Source: Thermoproteati archaeon
GTDB taxonomy: Archaea; Thermoproteota; Thermoprotei_A; Marsarchaeales; UBA168
Assembly (NCBI GenBank): GCA_023256375.1
Contig: JAGDXE010000021.1
Location: forward strand, 1-52,995
Length of the DNA: 52,995 nt
Direction: 5' to 3'
The translations under genes and the position numbers were made by a program. The notes under the pieces are model-generated. The model did no database searches. It was not told where the DNA came from and saw nothing but the letters and a program-made list of their open reading frames with translations. Each line of letters begins with the position of its first letter. Position 1 is the first letter of the stretch. Shown piece after piece: positions 9,279 to 19,433 of the stretch.

Positions 9279-10972
9279 GTTTAAAAGACGAAATTCTCCT
9301 TTTAGCGGCAGAAAATGCCGTGCAGCATGGCAAGGCGATGCAAGGACCGGTTATGAACGCGGTCCTATCGGCACACCCTGAATTAAGGGATCAGGCTAAG
9401 GCGATTGCGATTAGTGTAGGGCAGGCAATTCAAGCAGTGAATTCTGCGAGTAAAGAAGAATTAGACGCGTTAATCGCCAAGTTAGCCCCGCTCAGAGTAC
9501 CCCAAAAAGAAAAACCGAAAGAAAAAGAAGAGAGGGCTCTTCCGCCGCTCCCGGGTGCTCAACGCGGTGCAGTAGTCACTAGATTCGCCCCCAATCCAGA
9601 CGCCCCCTTGCACTTAGGTAATGCCAGGGCCTTGGTTCTTTCAGCAGAATACGCGAGATTATATGAGGGTAAGTTTATATTAAGGTTTGAAGATACTGAT
9701 CCGCATATAAAGCCACCCCTGCCAGAGGCTTATGAGTGGATAAGGCAAGACATAACTTGGCTAGGATATAAATGGGACGTGGAGTGGATACAATCACAGC
9801 ATTTATCAAATTATTATGATACTGTAAGAGAACTCATAAGAAGAGGTTTAGCTTACGTGTGCACCTGTACGGCCGAGCACTTTCAAGAACTCAGAAGAAA
9901 AGGGGAAGCTTGTCCGCACAGGGGGCAACCAATTTCGGAAGCGTTATCATTATTTGAAAAAATGGTAAGCGGCGGTTTTGATGAGGGGCAAGCAGTAGTG
10001 AGAATGAGAACTGATATGAAACATCAAAATCCCGCTTTAAGGGATTTTCCGTTAATGCGGGTAGTTAATCCAGATTTGCACCCCCATCCTTCGTTGAAGG
10101 AAAAGACTTGGGCTTTTCCGCTATATAACCTTTCGGCGGCAGTAGACGACCATTTATTGGGTGTCACACACGTACTCAGGGGCAAAGAGCACATGACTAA
10201 TGAGCAGGCTCAATCCTATATTTACAGTGGAATGGGTTGGAAGCAACCGATTTCAGTAGAACACGGTCGGTTGATGCTCGAGGGGATACCGCTTAGTAAA
10301 AGTCAGGTTAGAAAAGCCCTTGCTGGAGGCTTATATAATGGCTGGGATGATCCGCGTCTTGGGACGCTTATGGCGCTCAGGAGAAGAGGTTTTTCTCCAA
10401 GAGCTATAATTGATTTAATGATCGAGGTTGGACCGAAACCAAACGACGCGATGATTAGTTGGGATAACCTATTCGCTATCGACAGGAAATACCTAGAACC
10501 CGTTTCGCATCGCTATTTTGTAGTTAGAGATCCCATAAAATTGGCCGTAGAAGGATTGGGCAAAAAGACTGTGAGCATACCGCTTCACCCCGATCACGCG
10601 GAGATGGGCTCGCGTACCGTTTCCGTAGAAAACGGTGAGGTTTACGTGCAAAAAGAAGATATCGAAAAAGGAAAATTGGTTAGACTTATGGATTTGGTGA
10701 CTGTACGCTATTTGGGAGACGGTAAAGCAAAAATAGAAGACATAGGACCTGAGCAATCGGTATCTGAAGGAATAAAACGCGTGCAGTGGGTTCCCAGCTT
10801 TGCGCTTGAGGTAAAGGTTGTCACTCCAGAAGGAATAATTCAATGTTTAGCTGAGCCGTCTTTAGCTAACGAGCCGAAGGACGCTACTGTGCAGATGGTT
10901 CGGTGGGGCTTTGCTAGAATCGACTCTTTAGATGAATACGGTAATCCAATACTATATTTTGCCCATCATTGA
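9275..10972 (+). CDS. gltX: Glutamate--tRNA ligase
   Basis: RFAPNP, HLGN, LRFEDTDP, THVLRGKEH, LSKS. Confidence 0.97.
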   Translation: MSLKDEILLLAAENAVQHGKAMQGPVMNAVLSAHPELRDQAKAIAISVGQAIQAVNSASKEELDALIAKLAPLRVPQKEKPKEKEERALPPLPGAQRGAVVTRFAPNPDAPLHLGNARALVLSAEYARLYEGKFILRFEDTDPHIKPPLPEAYEWIRQDITWLGYKWDVEWIQSQHLSNYYDTVRELIRRGLAYVCTCTAEHFQELRRKGEACPHRGQPISEALSLFEKMVSGGFDEGQAVVRMRTDMKHQNPALRDFPLMRVVNPDLHPHPSLKEKTWAFPLYNLSAAVDDHLLGVTHVLRGKEHMTNEQAQSYIYSGMGWKQPISVEHGRLMLEGIPLSKSQVRKALAGGLYNGWDDPRLGTLMALRRRGFSPRAIIDLMIEVGPKPNDAMISWDNLFAIDRKYLEPVSHRYFVVRDPIKLAVEGLGKKTVSIPLHPDHAEMGSRTVSVENGEVYVQKEDIEKGKLVRLMDLVTVRYLGDGKAKIEDIGPEQSVSEGIKRVQWVPSFALEVKVVTPEGIIQCLAEPSLANEPKDATVQMVRWGFARIDSLDEYGNPILYFAHH

Positions 10973-11024
10973 CTAGATTTTTAAATGAGCTGGGATGTTT
11001 GCTTACGGCGATATGGGTTTGGGC

Positions 11025-11180
11025 TGACATTCCTTCTTCCCTAAGGCTTAGCGAAGCGTAGTACTTAGCCCTAAGCCCCAGAGAGCGATTCCACACGAAC
11101 CTGCACGCGCCAAAGCCCCTCGGTGAGCACTAGCCGACCCCCTTTAGGCGCAGGCGCACAGGGGTCTTTATAGCGCCTAT
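11025..11180 (-). pseudogene. tnpB: Internally deleted tnpB (IS605 OrfB) N-terminal fragment joined to an IS right-end-like motif
   Basis: Minus strand 11114-11088 encodes FGACRFVWN, continuing RSLGLRAKYY, a TnpB N-terminal signature. A frameshifted RRYK..P lies upstream; the segment ends in CCTTAGGG...ATGTCAG. Confidence 0.7.
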
Positions 11181-11460
11181 ACAATTATCTCGTAAGAGGT
11201 TCGCAATTTATCTTCTATCTTTCCCCTCGGAGCTTTCTTGCTTTTCCCGTAAGTCGTTGGCCTGAGGCGATTACGAGCGAACCTAATAACGCTGGTCGTG
11301 CTCCAATTTGAGCGCGCCTAGATTTGTTACCCGCGTGATATACCTAAAAGTAGGTCAACCCATGAATTAAGAAGCTTAAGCTTTAGGTAGCCCAGCATCC
11401 AGGATGGCGCGCCCTAGTGGGTATTGTGTAGTGCGCCTAGCGGTCATTTTCCTGCTAGGG

Positions 11461-11514
11461 TTTAACTCTAACGGGGAAAGGGGCGGGAGTCCGCTTCCGC
11501 GAGGGCGGGGTAGT
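11461..11514 (+). repeat. 54-nt dispersed repeat copy 1 (IS200/IS605/IS607 right-end-like)
   Basis: 53/54 identical to 20401-20454; GC hairpin with a GCGA loop followed by GGTAGT. Confidence 0.85.
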
Positions 11515-11650
11515 TCGCTCAAGTATCGCACTAGGAGCTGCGGGCTTGACGATCACAAATATCTTCGATACGGCTAGCAGCGTATCCTATGCCTCAAATA
11601 AACCGTCGACTGTCAATTAACTTTTTAAATACATCCTTTTTAGTGATAAC

Positions 11651-13975
11651 TTGAGTGTAAACAGATACGAATTATCCTTTGATATAAACTGGGAAAAGCC
11701 CAGTTATAAATGCGAGGAAGAAGTATTTTTAAGTTCGCCAGGTGAGCTGACGCTTAATGCTGTAGACATGAAAATTAATTATGTTGAAATAGATGGGAGT
11801 CGGTCCGAATATCTTTATGATGGCCACGTGCTCAAGCTTAGCTTTGTAAAAAATAACGTAAAGATAAGTTTCGAAAAAGATATACCCGATGCTTTAATGG
11901 GATTTTATAGGGCACCTTACGGTGGGGGATACGTGCTCACCACGCATTTTGAGCCAGACGGAGCCCGTCTGATGTTTCCATGCCAGGATGAGCCATCTAA
12001 AAAAGCCGTTTTTAGGGTCAAGGTAAAGGTGGATTCGGGTCTGAACGCGATATCAAATATGCCTTATGAAAGAGTAGAAAATGATGGAGATAAGAAGTTG
12101 ATAGAGTTTCAGGAGACTCCTATGATGTCTACATATTTGCTTTATTTAGGAATAGGTAAATTTGACCAACTTGAGGACTCTTTGGGTAGCACTAAAATTT
12201 ACGTGACGGCTTACAATGGTAAATCCGTTAAAGGGCGCTTTGCCCTTGATGTCGCAAAGAAAGCGTTACAAGTCTATTCAGAATATTTGGGCATGCCATA
12301 TCAATTACCGAAGCTTCATTTAATAGCTGTACCAGAATTTGCGATGGGAGCGATGGAAAACTGGGGCGCTATAACTTTTAGGGAAACTGCTTTGTTAGTA
12401 GACGAAAAAAGCGGCGAAACCGCCCTTAGGGGGGTGGCTACCACGATCGTCCACGAATTGGCGCACCAGTGGTTCGGAGATTTAGTTACCATGAAGTGGT
12501 GGGATGATTTGTGGCTTAACGAAAGTTTCGCAACGCTCCTTAGCTTTAAAGTGGTAGACAAAATATTTCCTGAGTGGGAAATATGGAATAACTTTTTAAT
12601 ATCTGAGACATCCGGGTCTTTGCTAATGGATTCCCTAAGCTCTACTCATCCGGTACACGTAGATGTACGTACCGAAAATGAAATCGAGCAGCTTTTTGAC
12701 GCGATTAGTTACGGTAAAGGGGCAAGCGTCCTTCGTATGATAGAGCGTTATTTGGGGGAAGAAACTTTTAGAACCGGCCTAACCCATTATCTTAAGAAGT
12801 TTGCTTATTCGAATGCCAACGCTAATGATTTCTGGAATTCGCTTGAAGAAGTGTCAGGAAAGCCAGTATCAAAGATTATGAGCGCTTGGATAAATAAGGC
12901 CGGCCATCCAGTGATAAACGTTAAAAGGGCGGATGGTTCGGCAACACTTAGCCAAAGCGGCTTTCGTTTCCTAGGAAACTGGGATGATTCATGGCCCATA
13001 CCACTGGTATACGTTAGCGGTCGTATCCAAATAAGCCAGCTTATAGATAAGCAGGCAGTAGTACCAATCGGAAAATCGTTTAAGTTAAACGCGGACGGGA
13101 CGGGGTATTATCGGGTATTTTATGAAGATTGGCTGGGTGCGCTTGAAGCCTGTAAAAGTAGTTACGATACTTGGAATGTTATGTCAGATATTTACGCGCA
13201 CGTATTGCAGGGTAAAGTCGACCTCCCATATTATTTAGATCTGGTTAAAAAGTTTGAGCGTTATCAAGATTATTTGCTGGCCTGGGAGATATCTTCCCAG
13301 TTAGCTAATTTATTCTCTATTTTACCTCAGGTAATAAGGCCGATCAGTTCTGAGTATCACTCGAATCAAGTTGATGTTTGGAGCGGAAAAGGGGGCAACG
13401 CTAATTATTTGTTAGGTGTGTTATCTCGTAGGCTTTCGCTCGTAAGCGAAGAATACGGTAAGAAGCTTTTGCTTCAAGGGTACTTCCGGGCAGACGCCGA
13501 CATAAAAACTGCTGTAGCGATCGCCCACGGGTTGTACTCACATGAACCCTTTAACGAGTTAATGGCGCTATACTCAAATGCCCAAGACGAGGATCGCCCA
13601 AAGATTTTAACGGGGATGATGGCCATAAAAGATCCCATAGACTTCCGTCGCGCCCTAGAGTTTCTTGCGTCTCCCAATGTAAGAAAACAAGACGTAAGGT
13701 ATTTAATTGCCGCGTCAAATAATGTTTATAATAGAGGGATTACATGGGAATGGTTTAAGCAGAACTTGCCCGCCATTAGGAAAATATACTCATCGAGCGG
13801 TATACTACCCGGGGTGATTTCTTCACTGATTCCTTACATAGGCATAGGTAGAGAGGAGGACGTGCGTACTTTCTTCAAAGAAAAAGATATTCCAGAGGCA
13901 AGCATGGGCATCAAGTCGGGTCTAGAATTGTTGGCCGTATACTCTAGGCTAAGCGCTTCATTTTCAAAGGATTAG
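11651..13975 (+). CDS. M1 family aminopeptidase (tricorn-interacting factor F2/F3-like)
   Basis: GAMEN and HELAHQWFG-x-LNE zinc motifs, YGKGASVLRM. Confidence 0.95.
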   Translation: MSVNRYELSFDINWEKPSYKCEEEVFLSSPGELTLNAVDMKINYVEIDGSRSEYLYDGHVLKLSFVKNNVKISFEKDIPDALMGFYRAPYGGGYVLTTHFEPDGARLMFPCQDEPSKKAVFRVKVKVDSGLNAISNMPYERVENDGDKKLIEFQETPMMSTYLLYLGIGKFDQLEDSLGSTKIYVTAYNGKSVKGRFALDVAKKALQVYSEYLGMPYQLPKLHLIAVPEFAMGAMENWGAITFRETALLVDEKSGETALRGVATTIVHELAHQWFGDLVTMKWWDDLWLNESFATLLSFKVVDKIFPEWEIWNNFLISETSGSLLMDSLSSTHPVHVDVRTENEIEQLFDAISYGKGASVLRMIERYLGEETFRTGLTHYLKKFAYSNANANDFWNSLEEVSGKPVSKIMSAWINKAGHPVINVKRADGSATLSQSGFRFLGNWDDSWPIPLVYVSGRIQISQLIDKQAVVPIGKSFKLNADGTGYYRVFYEDWLGALEACKSSYDTWNVMSDIYAHVLQGKVDLPYYLDLVKKFERYQDYLLAWEISSQLANLFSILPQVIRPISSEYHSNQVDVWSGKGGNANYLLGVLSRRLSLVSEEYGKKLLLQGYFRADADIKTAVAIAHGLYSHEPFNELMALYSNAQDEDRPKILTGMMAIKDPIDFRRALEFLASPNVRKQDVRYLIAASNNVYNRGITWEWFKQNLPAIRKIYSSSGILPGVISSLIPYIGIGREEDVRTFFKEKDIPEASMGIKSGLELLAVYSRLSASFSKD

Positions 13976-14068
13976 TGAGGAACGCTTTGAAGTAACCATA
14001 ATGTTTTTGACGTTTGGGCCGAATGTCATGCTTATAAGCTTCAATCGAATTGAAATGGGTGGATGATC

Positions 14069-14446
14069 GTGAGTAAACCCATGTATGTAAAGTTCGAGAC
14101 ACCAGCTGAACTTTCAGATCGTGCTCTTGAAGCTTTAAGAAAAGCCAGAGATAAAGGTAAAATAAAAAAAGGGACAAACGAAGTTACAAAAGTCGTCGAA
14201 AGAGGAAAGGCATTATTGGTTGTTATCGCGGAAGACGTGCAACCGCCTGAGGTAGTAGCCCATCTTCCGCTACTTTGCGACGAAAAGAAAGTGCCTTATG
14301 TTTACGTCGGTTCTAAAAAATCTTTAGGAGAAGCTGTAGGTCTTGAGGTAGCTACCGCAGCCGCGGCAATTGTTGACGCGGGAGAGGCAGCGTCTATTAT
14401 ACAGGAGGTAGCAGAGAAAGCTGCCTCCCTTAAGGGGCAAAAGTAA
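14069..14446 (+). CDS. rpl7ae: Ribosomal/K-turn-binding protein L7Ae (eL8)
   Basis: [29 protein letters not shown]. Confidence 0.98.
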   Translation: MSKPMYVKFETPAELSDRALEALRKARDKGKIKKGTNEVTKVVERGKALLVVIAEDVQPPEVVAHLPLLCDEKKVPYVYVGSKKSLGEAVGLEVATAAAAIVDAGEAASIIQEVAEKAASLKGQK

Positions 14447-14459
14447 TCGGGTGTGAGGT

Positions 14460-14675
14460 TTGAGCGAGGAAGCGCCGACACCGGCGGTGGTTGTTCAAAT
14501 AATGGGCAGAACGGGATTTACCGGAGAAGTAACGCAGGTAAGGATGAGGATACTCGAAGGCAGGGATAAGGGAAGGGTATTGACAAGAAACATATTAGGC
14601 CCCGTGAGGTTAGGCGATATACTCCTCCTCAAAGACACCGAGAAGGAGGCAAGGAAGTTAACAGCAAAGAAGTGA
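14460..14675 (+). CDS. rps28e: 30S ribosomal protein eS28
   Basis: [25 protein letters not shown]. Confidence 0.97.
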   Translation: MSEEAPTPAVVVQIMGRTGFTGEVTQVRMRILEGRDKGRVLTRNILGPVRLGDILLLKDTEKEARKLTAKK

Positions 14676-14681
14676 TTTTTT

Positions 14682-14876
14682 TTGAGAACTTATAATTGTT
14701 CTTTTTGCGGGAAGGCGATAACTCCTGGGACAGGCATAACCTATGTCAGAAACGATGGCGTTGTACTTCATTTCTGCTCTTCTAAGTGCAAGAGGAATAT
14801 GCTGGAGCTTCATAGAAGCCCAAAAAAAGTAAAGTGGATAATTAAGAGGCAGGCAACTGAAAAAAAGACGGCCTGA
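14682..14876 (+). CDS. rpl24e: 50S ribosomal protein eL24
   Basis: CSFCG..I.PGTG, FCSSKC. Confidence 0.97.
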   Translation: MRTYNCSFCGKAITPGTGITYVRNDGVVLHFCSSKCKRNMLELHRSPKKVKWIIKRQATEKKTA

Positions 14877-14880
14877 TCGA

Positions 14881-15345
14881 GTGAAGGTGATCTTTTTGAG
14901 TACGCCAAACAATCTTGAGGAAGTAACTTTTGTAATGGTGAAGCCAGATGGAGTATCCAGGGGGCTTACGGGAGAAGTAATACTCAGGATAGAGAGGAAG
15001 GGATTAAAGATCCTCGCGCTTAATAAAATAAATATGGCAAGGGGCCAGGCGGAACTCCTTTATTTGCCTCATAAGGGCAAATCTTTTTATGAGGGGCTAA
15101 TAAGTTTCATAACGTCTGGACCAGTTGTGATAATGGCCGTTAAGGGCAGAAACGCCATATCCGCGGTAAGAAATTTAATAGGTAGTACTGATCCTGTGAT
15201 CGCTAGTCCGGGTAGCATCAGAGGAGATTTCGGGCTTCAAGTTCAGGAAAATGTTGTTCATGCATCATCGAGTCCCGAAGATGCGAAGAGAGAGCTAGGA
15301 ATTTTCTTTAAAGGTTTAATTAATGAAGGAGGAGGTGATAGTTGA
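14881..15345 (+). CDS. ndk: Nucleoside diphosphate kinase
   Basis: [25 protein letters not shown]. Confidence 0.97.
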   Translation: MKVIFLSTPNNLEEVTFVMVKPDGVSRGLTGEVILRIERKGLKILALNKINMARGQAELLYLPHKGKSFYEGLISFITSGPVVIMAVKGRNAISAVRNLIGSTDPVIASPGSIRGDFGLQVQENVVHASSSPEDAKRELGIFFKGLINEGGGDS

Positions 15346-17179
15346 GACAGCCCATAGTTGTAGTGTTGGGTCACGTAGACTCAGGGAAAACCACTCTTCT
15401 CGATAAAATAAGGGGAACCGCGCTGCAACTCCGTGAAGCTGGGGGCATGTTCCGCGCGCCTTTTGCGGATGCCAAACCCAGCACATAGGTGCCAGCTTTA
15501 TACCTAGCAGCGTCGTCATCGCTATCGCAGGGGATTTGATGAAGCAATATAAGTTTACTCTGGAATTCCCAGGTCTACTGTTTATTGATACTCCTGGTCA
15601 CGAGGTATTCATGAACCTAAGGAAGAGGGGAGGGTCTATAGCTGACTTCGCAATATTGGTCGTCGACGCGATTAAGGGATTTGAACCGCAGACTGATGAA
15701 GCAGCAGATATACTAATTGAAAGGCGTACCCCTTTTTTAATTGCGTTAAATAAGATAGATAGAATACCAGGTTGGGTCACCCCATCTACCGCGTCAGTAC
15801 CAATCGCATTTTCCGCCTCCCTAAAATTACAAAGCGAATCCGTAAAGAGGAGATTAGAAAGTATTATCTACTCAACGTCCGGATCTTTGGCCCGCCACGG
15901 GTTATCGGCGGATCTTTTTTCCAGGGTAAGCGATTTCTCCAGGGTAGTGTCAATTATTCCCGTGAGCGCGGTAACGGGAGAAGGGCTACCCGAGTTACTT
16001 GTTTTGACCGCAGGGCTTACTCAGAGGTATATGGGTAAGAAGCTGAGCGCAAGCTCGGCAGGAAACCAAAAGGGCAGGGGAGCTGTGCTCGAAGTAAAGG
16101 AAGAGAAGGGTTTAGGAACTGTTTTGGATGTTTTGTTATATGAGGGCAAAATGGAAAAAGGCGACGTGGCGGTGGCTGAAGGAATTGAAGGGCCGCTCAT
16201 AGGAAAGGTCAGGGGGATATTTCTACCTGCCGCTCTTTCAGATACTCGCTTTCAAGTTAGCTTGATCGAAAAAAGCTCGGTTGAGGCCGCCGTTGGAGTT
16301 AGAGTTGTTCCCGATGAAGTTTTGAAAGAATCCCTTCCTGGCTCTCCAATTATATTGGTGAAAGAAGGAATTGGACAAAAAGAATTAGATGCTATACGCT
16401 CTGAGATAAAGGAGGAAACGAATGTTACAGTTTCTTCTGACGTGAATGGGGTTGTCGTGAAGGCAGACACTTTTGGCTCGCTGGAAGCCGTAGTGGCCGC
16501 TATGAGGAAGAGCTCGATCCCAGTTAGGCTTGCAACCTTGGGTGCGGTTTCTAAAAAAGACGTGGTCGAGGCCTCGATAGTTAAGGAGAAAGATTTCGTT
16601 CACGGTTTCATATCGGCCTTCAACGTTAAGGTAAATCCTGATGCGCAGGTGGAGGCCGAAAATAGGGGCATAACTATAATTTCCGCTAATTTGATTTATC
16701 AATTACTGGACTCGGTCGAAAACGAGGTAAGAAAAAGGTCTGATGAGCTTAAAAATCTGGAATTAGCTAAGCTTAATCATCCTGTTGAGGTCCAGCTCTT
16801 ACCTCAATATGTTTTTAGACGGGCCTCGCCGATAATAATCGGCGTGAAGGTAATAGGCGGTACGCTTAAGCCACAGAGGGCTTTAATAGATGAGAACGGT
16901 GAAAAAGTGGGGGAGGTGCTTCAATTACAAGATAGAGGGAAAGTTTTAGAAGCGGCCATAGAGGGATCTGAGGTAGCTATGTCAATTAAAACGTCATATA
17001 CTCTTGGTAGGCAGATTAAGGAAGACGCTAAATTGTATGGCGACCTTACCGAAGAAGAAGCAGTAACTCTTTTTACAAAATACAGGTCGGAGCTTAGCGA
17101 AGGTGAGGTTAGAGCTTTACTCGACCTGGTTAAAATTAAAAGGAAAAAAGATGGTAGTTGGGGGATGCTAATTGCCTGA
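15342..17179 (+). CDS. infB: Translation initiation factor aIF5B/IF2, split: join(15342..15449,15476..17179), 603 aa after splicing
   Basis: TTG start after the SD GGAGGTGA. Exon 1 reads [36 protein letters not shown] (G1 box). Exon 2 starts [10 protein letters not shown] and is in frame with ORF 15536..17179 (DTPGH, NKID). Confidence 0.95.
15450..15475 (+). other. Predicted 26-nt bulge-helix-bulge (BHB) pre-mRNA intron in aIF5B
   Basis: Helices GCTGGG/CCCAGC, GGCA/TGCC (4 bp) and TCCGC/GCGGA with 3-nt bulges TGT and AAA. Cuts after the 2nd nt of each bulge restore the frame and the motif. Confidence 0.9.
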
Positions 17180-17513
17180 ATTTAAGGTAAATATATCCGA
17201 CGAAAAGGGAAAAACTACCAGCGTAGAAGCCAAAGGACCTGCCGCGAATACCCTCATAGGTATGAGGATAGGCGAGGAGCTTGCGGGCGATCTTTTCGGT
17301 TTGCCAAAGCGGGTGCTAAAAATTACTGGCGGTAGCGACAAGAGCGGATTTCCGATGATACCCTGGCTTCAAGGAGGGGCAAAGAAGCAAATTTATATCC
17401 ATAAAAAGAGTACTAGAGAAAAGAAGTGGGTGCGCGGCAATACCATAACTGAGGATGTAGTTCAAGTTAATATGGCTTTAATTCAGGAGCAAACCAGTGA
17501 AAAAAAGGAATAA
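17172..17513 (+). CDS. rps6e: 30S ribosomal protein eS6
   Basis: LKITGGSDKSGFPM, VRGNTI..D..QVN. Confidence 0.95.
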   Translation: MPEFKVNISDEKGKTTSVEAKGPAANTLIGMRIGEELAGDLFGLPKRVLKITGGSDKSGFPMIPWLQGGAKKQIYIHKKSTREKKWVRGNTITEDVVQVNMALIQEQTSEKKE

Positions 17514-17526
17514 GAGGTAGTAAGCA

Positions 17527-18765
17527 GTGAGTAAGGCGTTGGTGGAGGCACCCGTAATAAATGTGGGTGTAGTAGGTCACGTTGACCACGGAAAGACTAC
17601 TTTAGTTCGCGCTTTAACCGGCGTATGGACTGGAAAGCACAGCGAGGAGATGAAGCGTGGGATGACAATAAAATTAGGTTACGCGAGTATGCAAATCATG
17701 AGATGCCCTCGTTGTCCTGCTCCGCTATCGTTTTCCACCAGCGACGTTTGCCCTCACTGCGGCTCGAAGACCGAGTTAGTTAGAAAAATTTCTATAATTG
17801 ACGCTCCAGGGCACGAAGTTTTAATGGCTACTATGTTAAGCGGAGCGGCGGTTATGAATGCGGCTTTATTGATCATTGCGGCCAATGAAGAATGTCCTCA
17901 GCCGCAAACCGTTGAGCATTTTACGGCTTTAACTATTATGGGCATCAGGCAGTTGATTGTTGTTCAAACTAAGGTTGACGTAGTAAGCGAGGAACAAGCG
18001 CTCAATAATTATAACCAAATAAAGGCTTTCCTGAAGGGGACTTGGGCGGAAAATGCCCCGATAATCCCAGTTTCTGCGGTGGATAATCTAAATATTGATG
18101 TGCTGCTAGAAGCCATGTATGAGCATTTCAAGCCCCCTCTAATTGATATTAACGCCCCTCCGAAATTTTACGTTACTAGATCTTTTGATATAAATAAGCC
18201 AGGTTCACCCGTAGAGCTTTTAAAAGGAGCGGCCGTAGGCGGGTCATTGATACGCGGCAAGATAGTAGTCGGTGATAATCTAGTAATATCGCCTGGTGTA
18301 AAAGACAATAAGGGTAATTATAGGCCGCTAGAAACTTTAGCGATATCCATGGAAATGGATACTGAAGTCAAGGAGGCAGTACCGGGCGGTTTGCTCGCAA
18401 TTTCAACTGATTTAGATCCATCGTATTCTAAAGCTGATAAGCTGGTTGGACAGGTTGTATTCAAAAAGGGGGCGGAAGAAAAACCAGTGAGCAGGGCCGT
18501 AGTATCCATTAAGTTGTTTGAAACAGTGGTCGGTACTAAGGAACAACTAAAACTTACGCCAATAACCCCTACCGAAGAAATACTATTAGAGGCGGGACCG
18601 GCCCTAGTTTTAACTACATTTAGGGCCAGCACTAAGGGCAATTACGAGGCGAGCTTTAAGCGGCCAGTTATACTAGAAAAAGGGGAAACTGTAGCTATCA
18701 GCCGTAGAGTGAAGAACAGGTGGAGGCTTTCTGGCTACGGGACTGTTGAAAGGCTATTGGGTTGA
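17527..18765 (+). CDS. eif2g: Translation initiation factor aIF2 gamma subunit
   Basis: GHVDHGKT, RGMTIKLGY, DAPGHE.LMATMLSG, CPQPQT.EH. Confidence 0.98.
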   Translation: MSKALVEAPVINVGVVGHVDHGKTTLVRALTGVWTGKHSEEMKRGMTIKLGYASMQIMRCPRCPAPLSFSTSDVCPHCGSKTELVRKISIIDAPGHEVLMATMLSGAAVMNAALLIIAANEECPQPQTVEHFTALTIMGIRQLIVVQTKVDVVSEEQALNNYNQIKAFLKGTWAENAPIIPVSAVDNLNIDVLLEAMYEHFKPPLIDINAPPKFYVTRSFDINKPGSPVELLKGAAVGGSLIRGKIVVGDNLVISPGVKDNKGNYRPLETLAISMEMDTEVKEAVPGGLLAISTDLDPSYSKADKLVGQVVFKKGAEEKPVSRAVVSIKLFETVVGTKEQLKLTPITPTEEILLEAGPALVLTTFRASTKGNYEASFKRPVILEKGETVAISRRVKNRWRLSGYGTVERLLG

Positions 18766-19127
18766 AAAAGATAGTCATATTTGATACTAGTTTTCTTATA
18801 AATTCTTTGAGGTCGCGTCGTGACCTGATTGCGTCGATAGAGGAGTGCGTGGGGCCGTTTCTAGGCGTTGTGCCATCAGCTGTTGTGGAGGAGCTCAAGA
18901 AAATGCCTAAGGAGGTGGGCGGCCCTGCGCTGATCACAGCGTCGAATTTTTCTATTTATCCATGCGCTGGAAACTATGCGGATGGATGTATTTTACACCT
19001 AACCGACAAGAAGGGCTGGGTTTTAGCTACAGACGATTTGCCTTTATCTCGTCAAGCTCGGATATGGGGAATTCCCGTTATATCGCATAGCGGTAGGAAG
19101 CTGAGATTTTCTCCCGTCGATAGATGA
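18762..19127 (+). CDS. PIN-domain protein (Fcf1/Utp23-like)
   Basis: IFDTSFLI, VVEEL, ADGCI, LATDD; conserved position after aIF2-gamma. Confidence 0.8.
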   Translation: MKKIVIFDTSFLINSLRSRRDLIASIEECVGPFLGVVPSAVVEELKKMPKEVGGPALITASNFSIYPCAGNYADGCILHLTDKKGWVLATDDLPLSRQARIWGIPVISHSGRKLRFSPVDR

Positions 19128-19244
19128 TTAATCTCTTTCAGAGTCCAGTAAGTAACATCGCGTTTAGGGAGAAAGTATGCGTTATAAAGAAAAGTTAATC
19201 GCTAAAACAATTTCGGTATTAAGATTAATCGGACAGTAGCTCAC

Positions 19245-19433
19245 TTACTGCTTAACCTTTAAGGCGTACATGCCAGGTTTCTTAATCCCTAAGAGCGAAG
19301 CAACCTTAGAATCCGTGGCGTCTAGTATAACGACCATCCCATCCCATCTATCGCTGAATTCTCTGCTTCCGCAATTCGGGCATACGCTTGTATCATCTGG
19401 TACTAATAATTTGCAGCGCACACATGCTTTCAG
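19245..19433 (-). CDS. spt4: Transcription elongation factor Spt4 (RpoE''), 62 aa, CTG start, absent from the ORF track
   Basis: Manual translation: (M)KACVRCKLLVPDDTSVCPNCGSREFSDRWDGMVVILDATDSKVASLLGIKKPGMYALKVKQ; overlaps the rpoE1 stop as CTGA. Confidence 0.93.
   Translation of the reverse strand: MKACVRCKLLVPDDTSVCPNCGSREFSDRWDGMVVILDATDSKVASLLGIKKPGMYALKVKQ

Noticed and set aside
15450-15475. IF2 break interpreted as a sequencing frameshift, programmed frameshift or pseudogene
   Set aside because: The insertion is 26 nt of non-duplicated sequence with exact BHB geometry, its predicted cut sites restore the conserved motif to the nucleotide, and the rest of the gene is intact.
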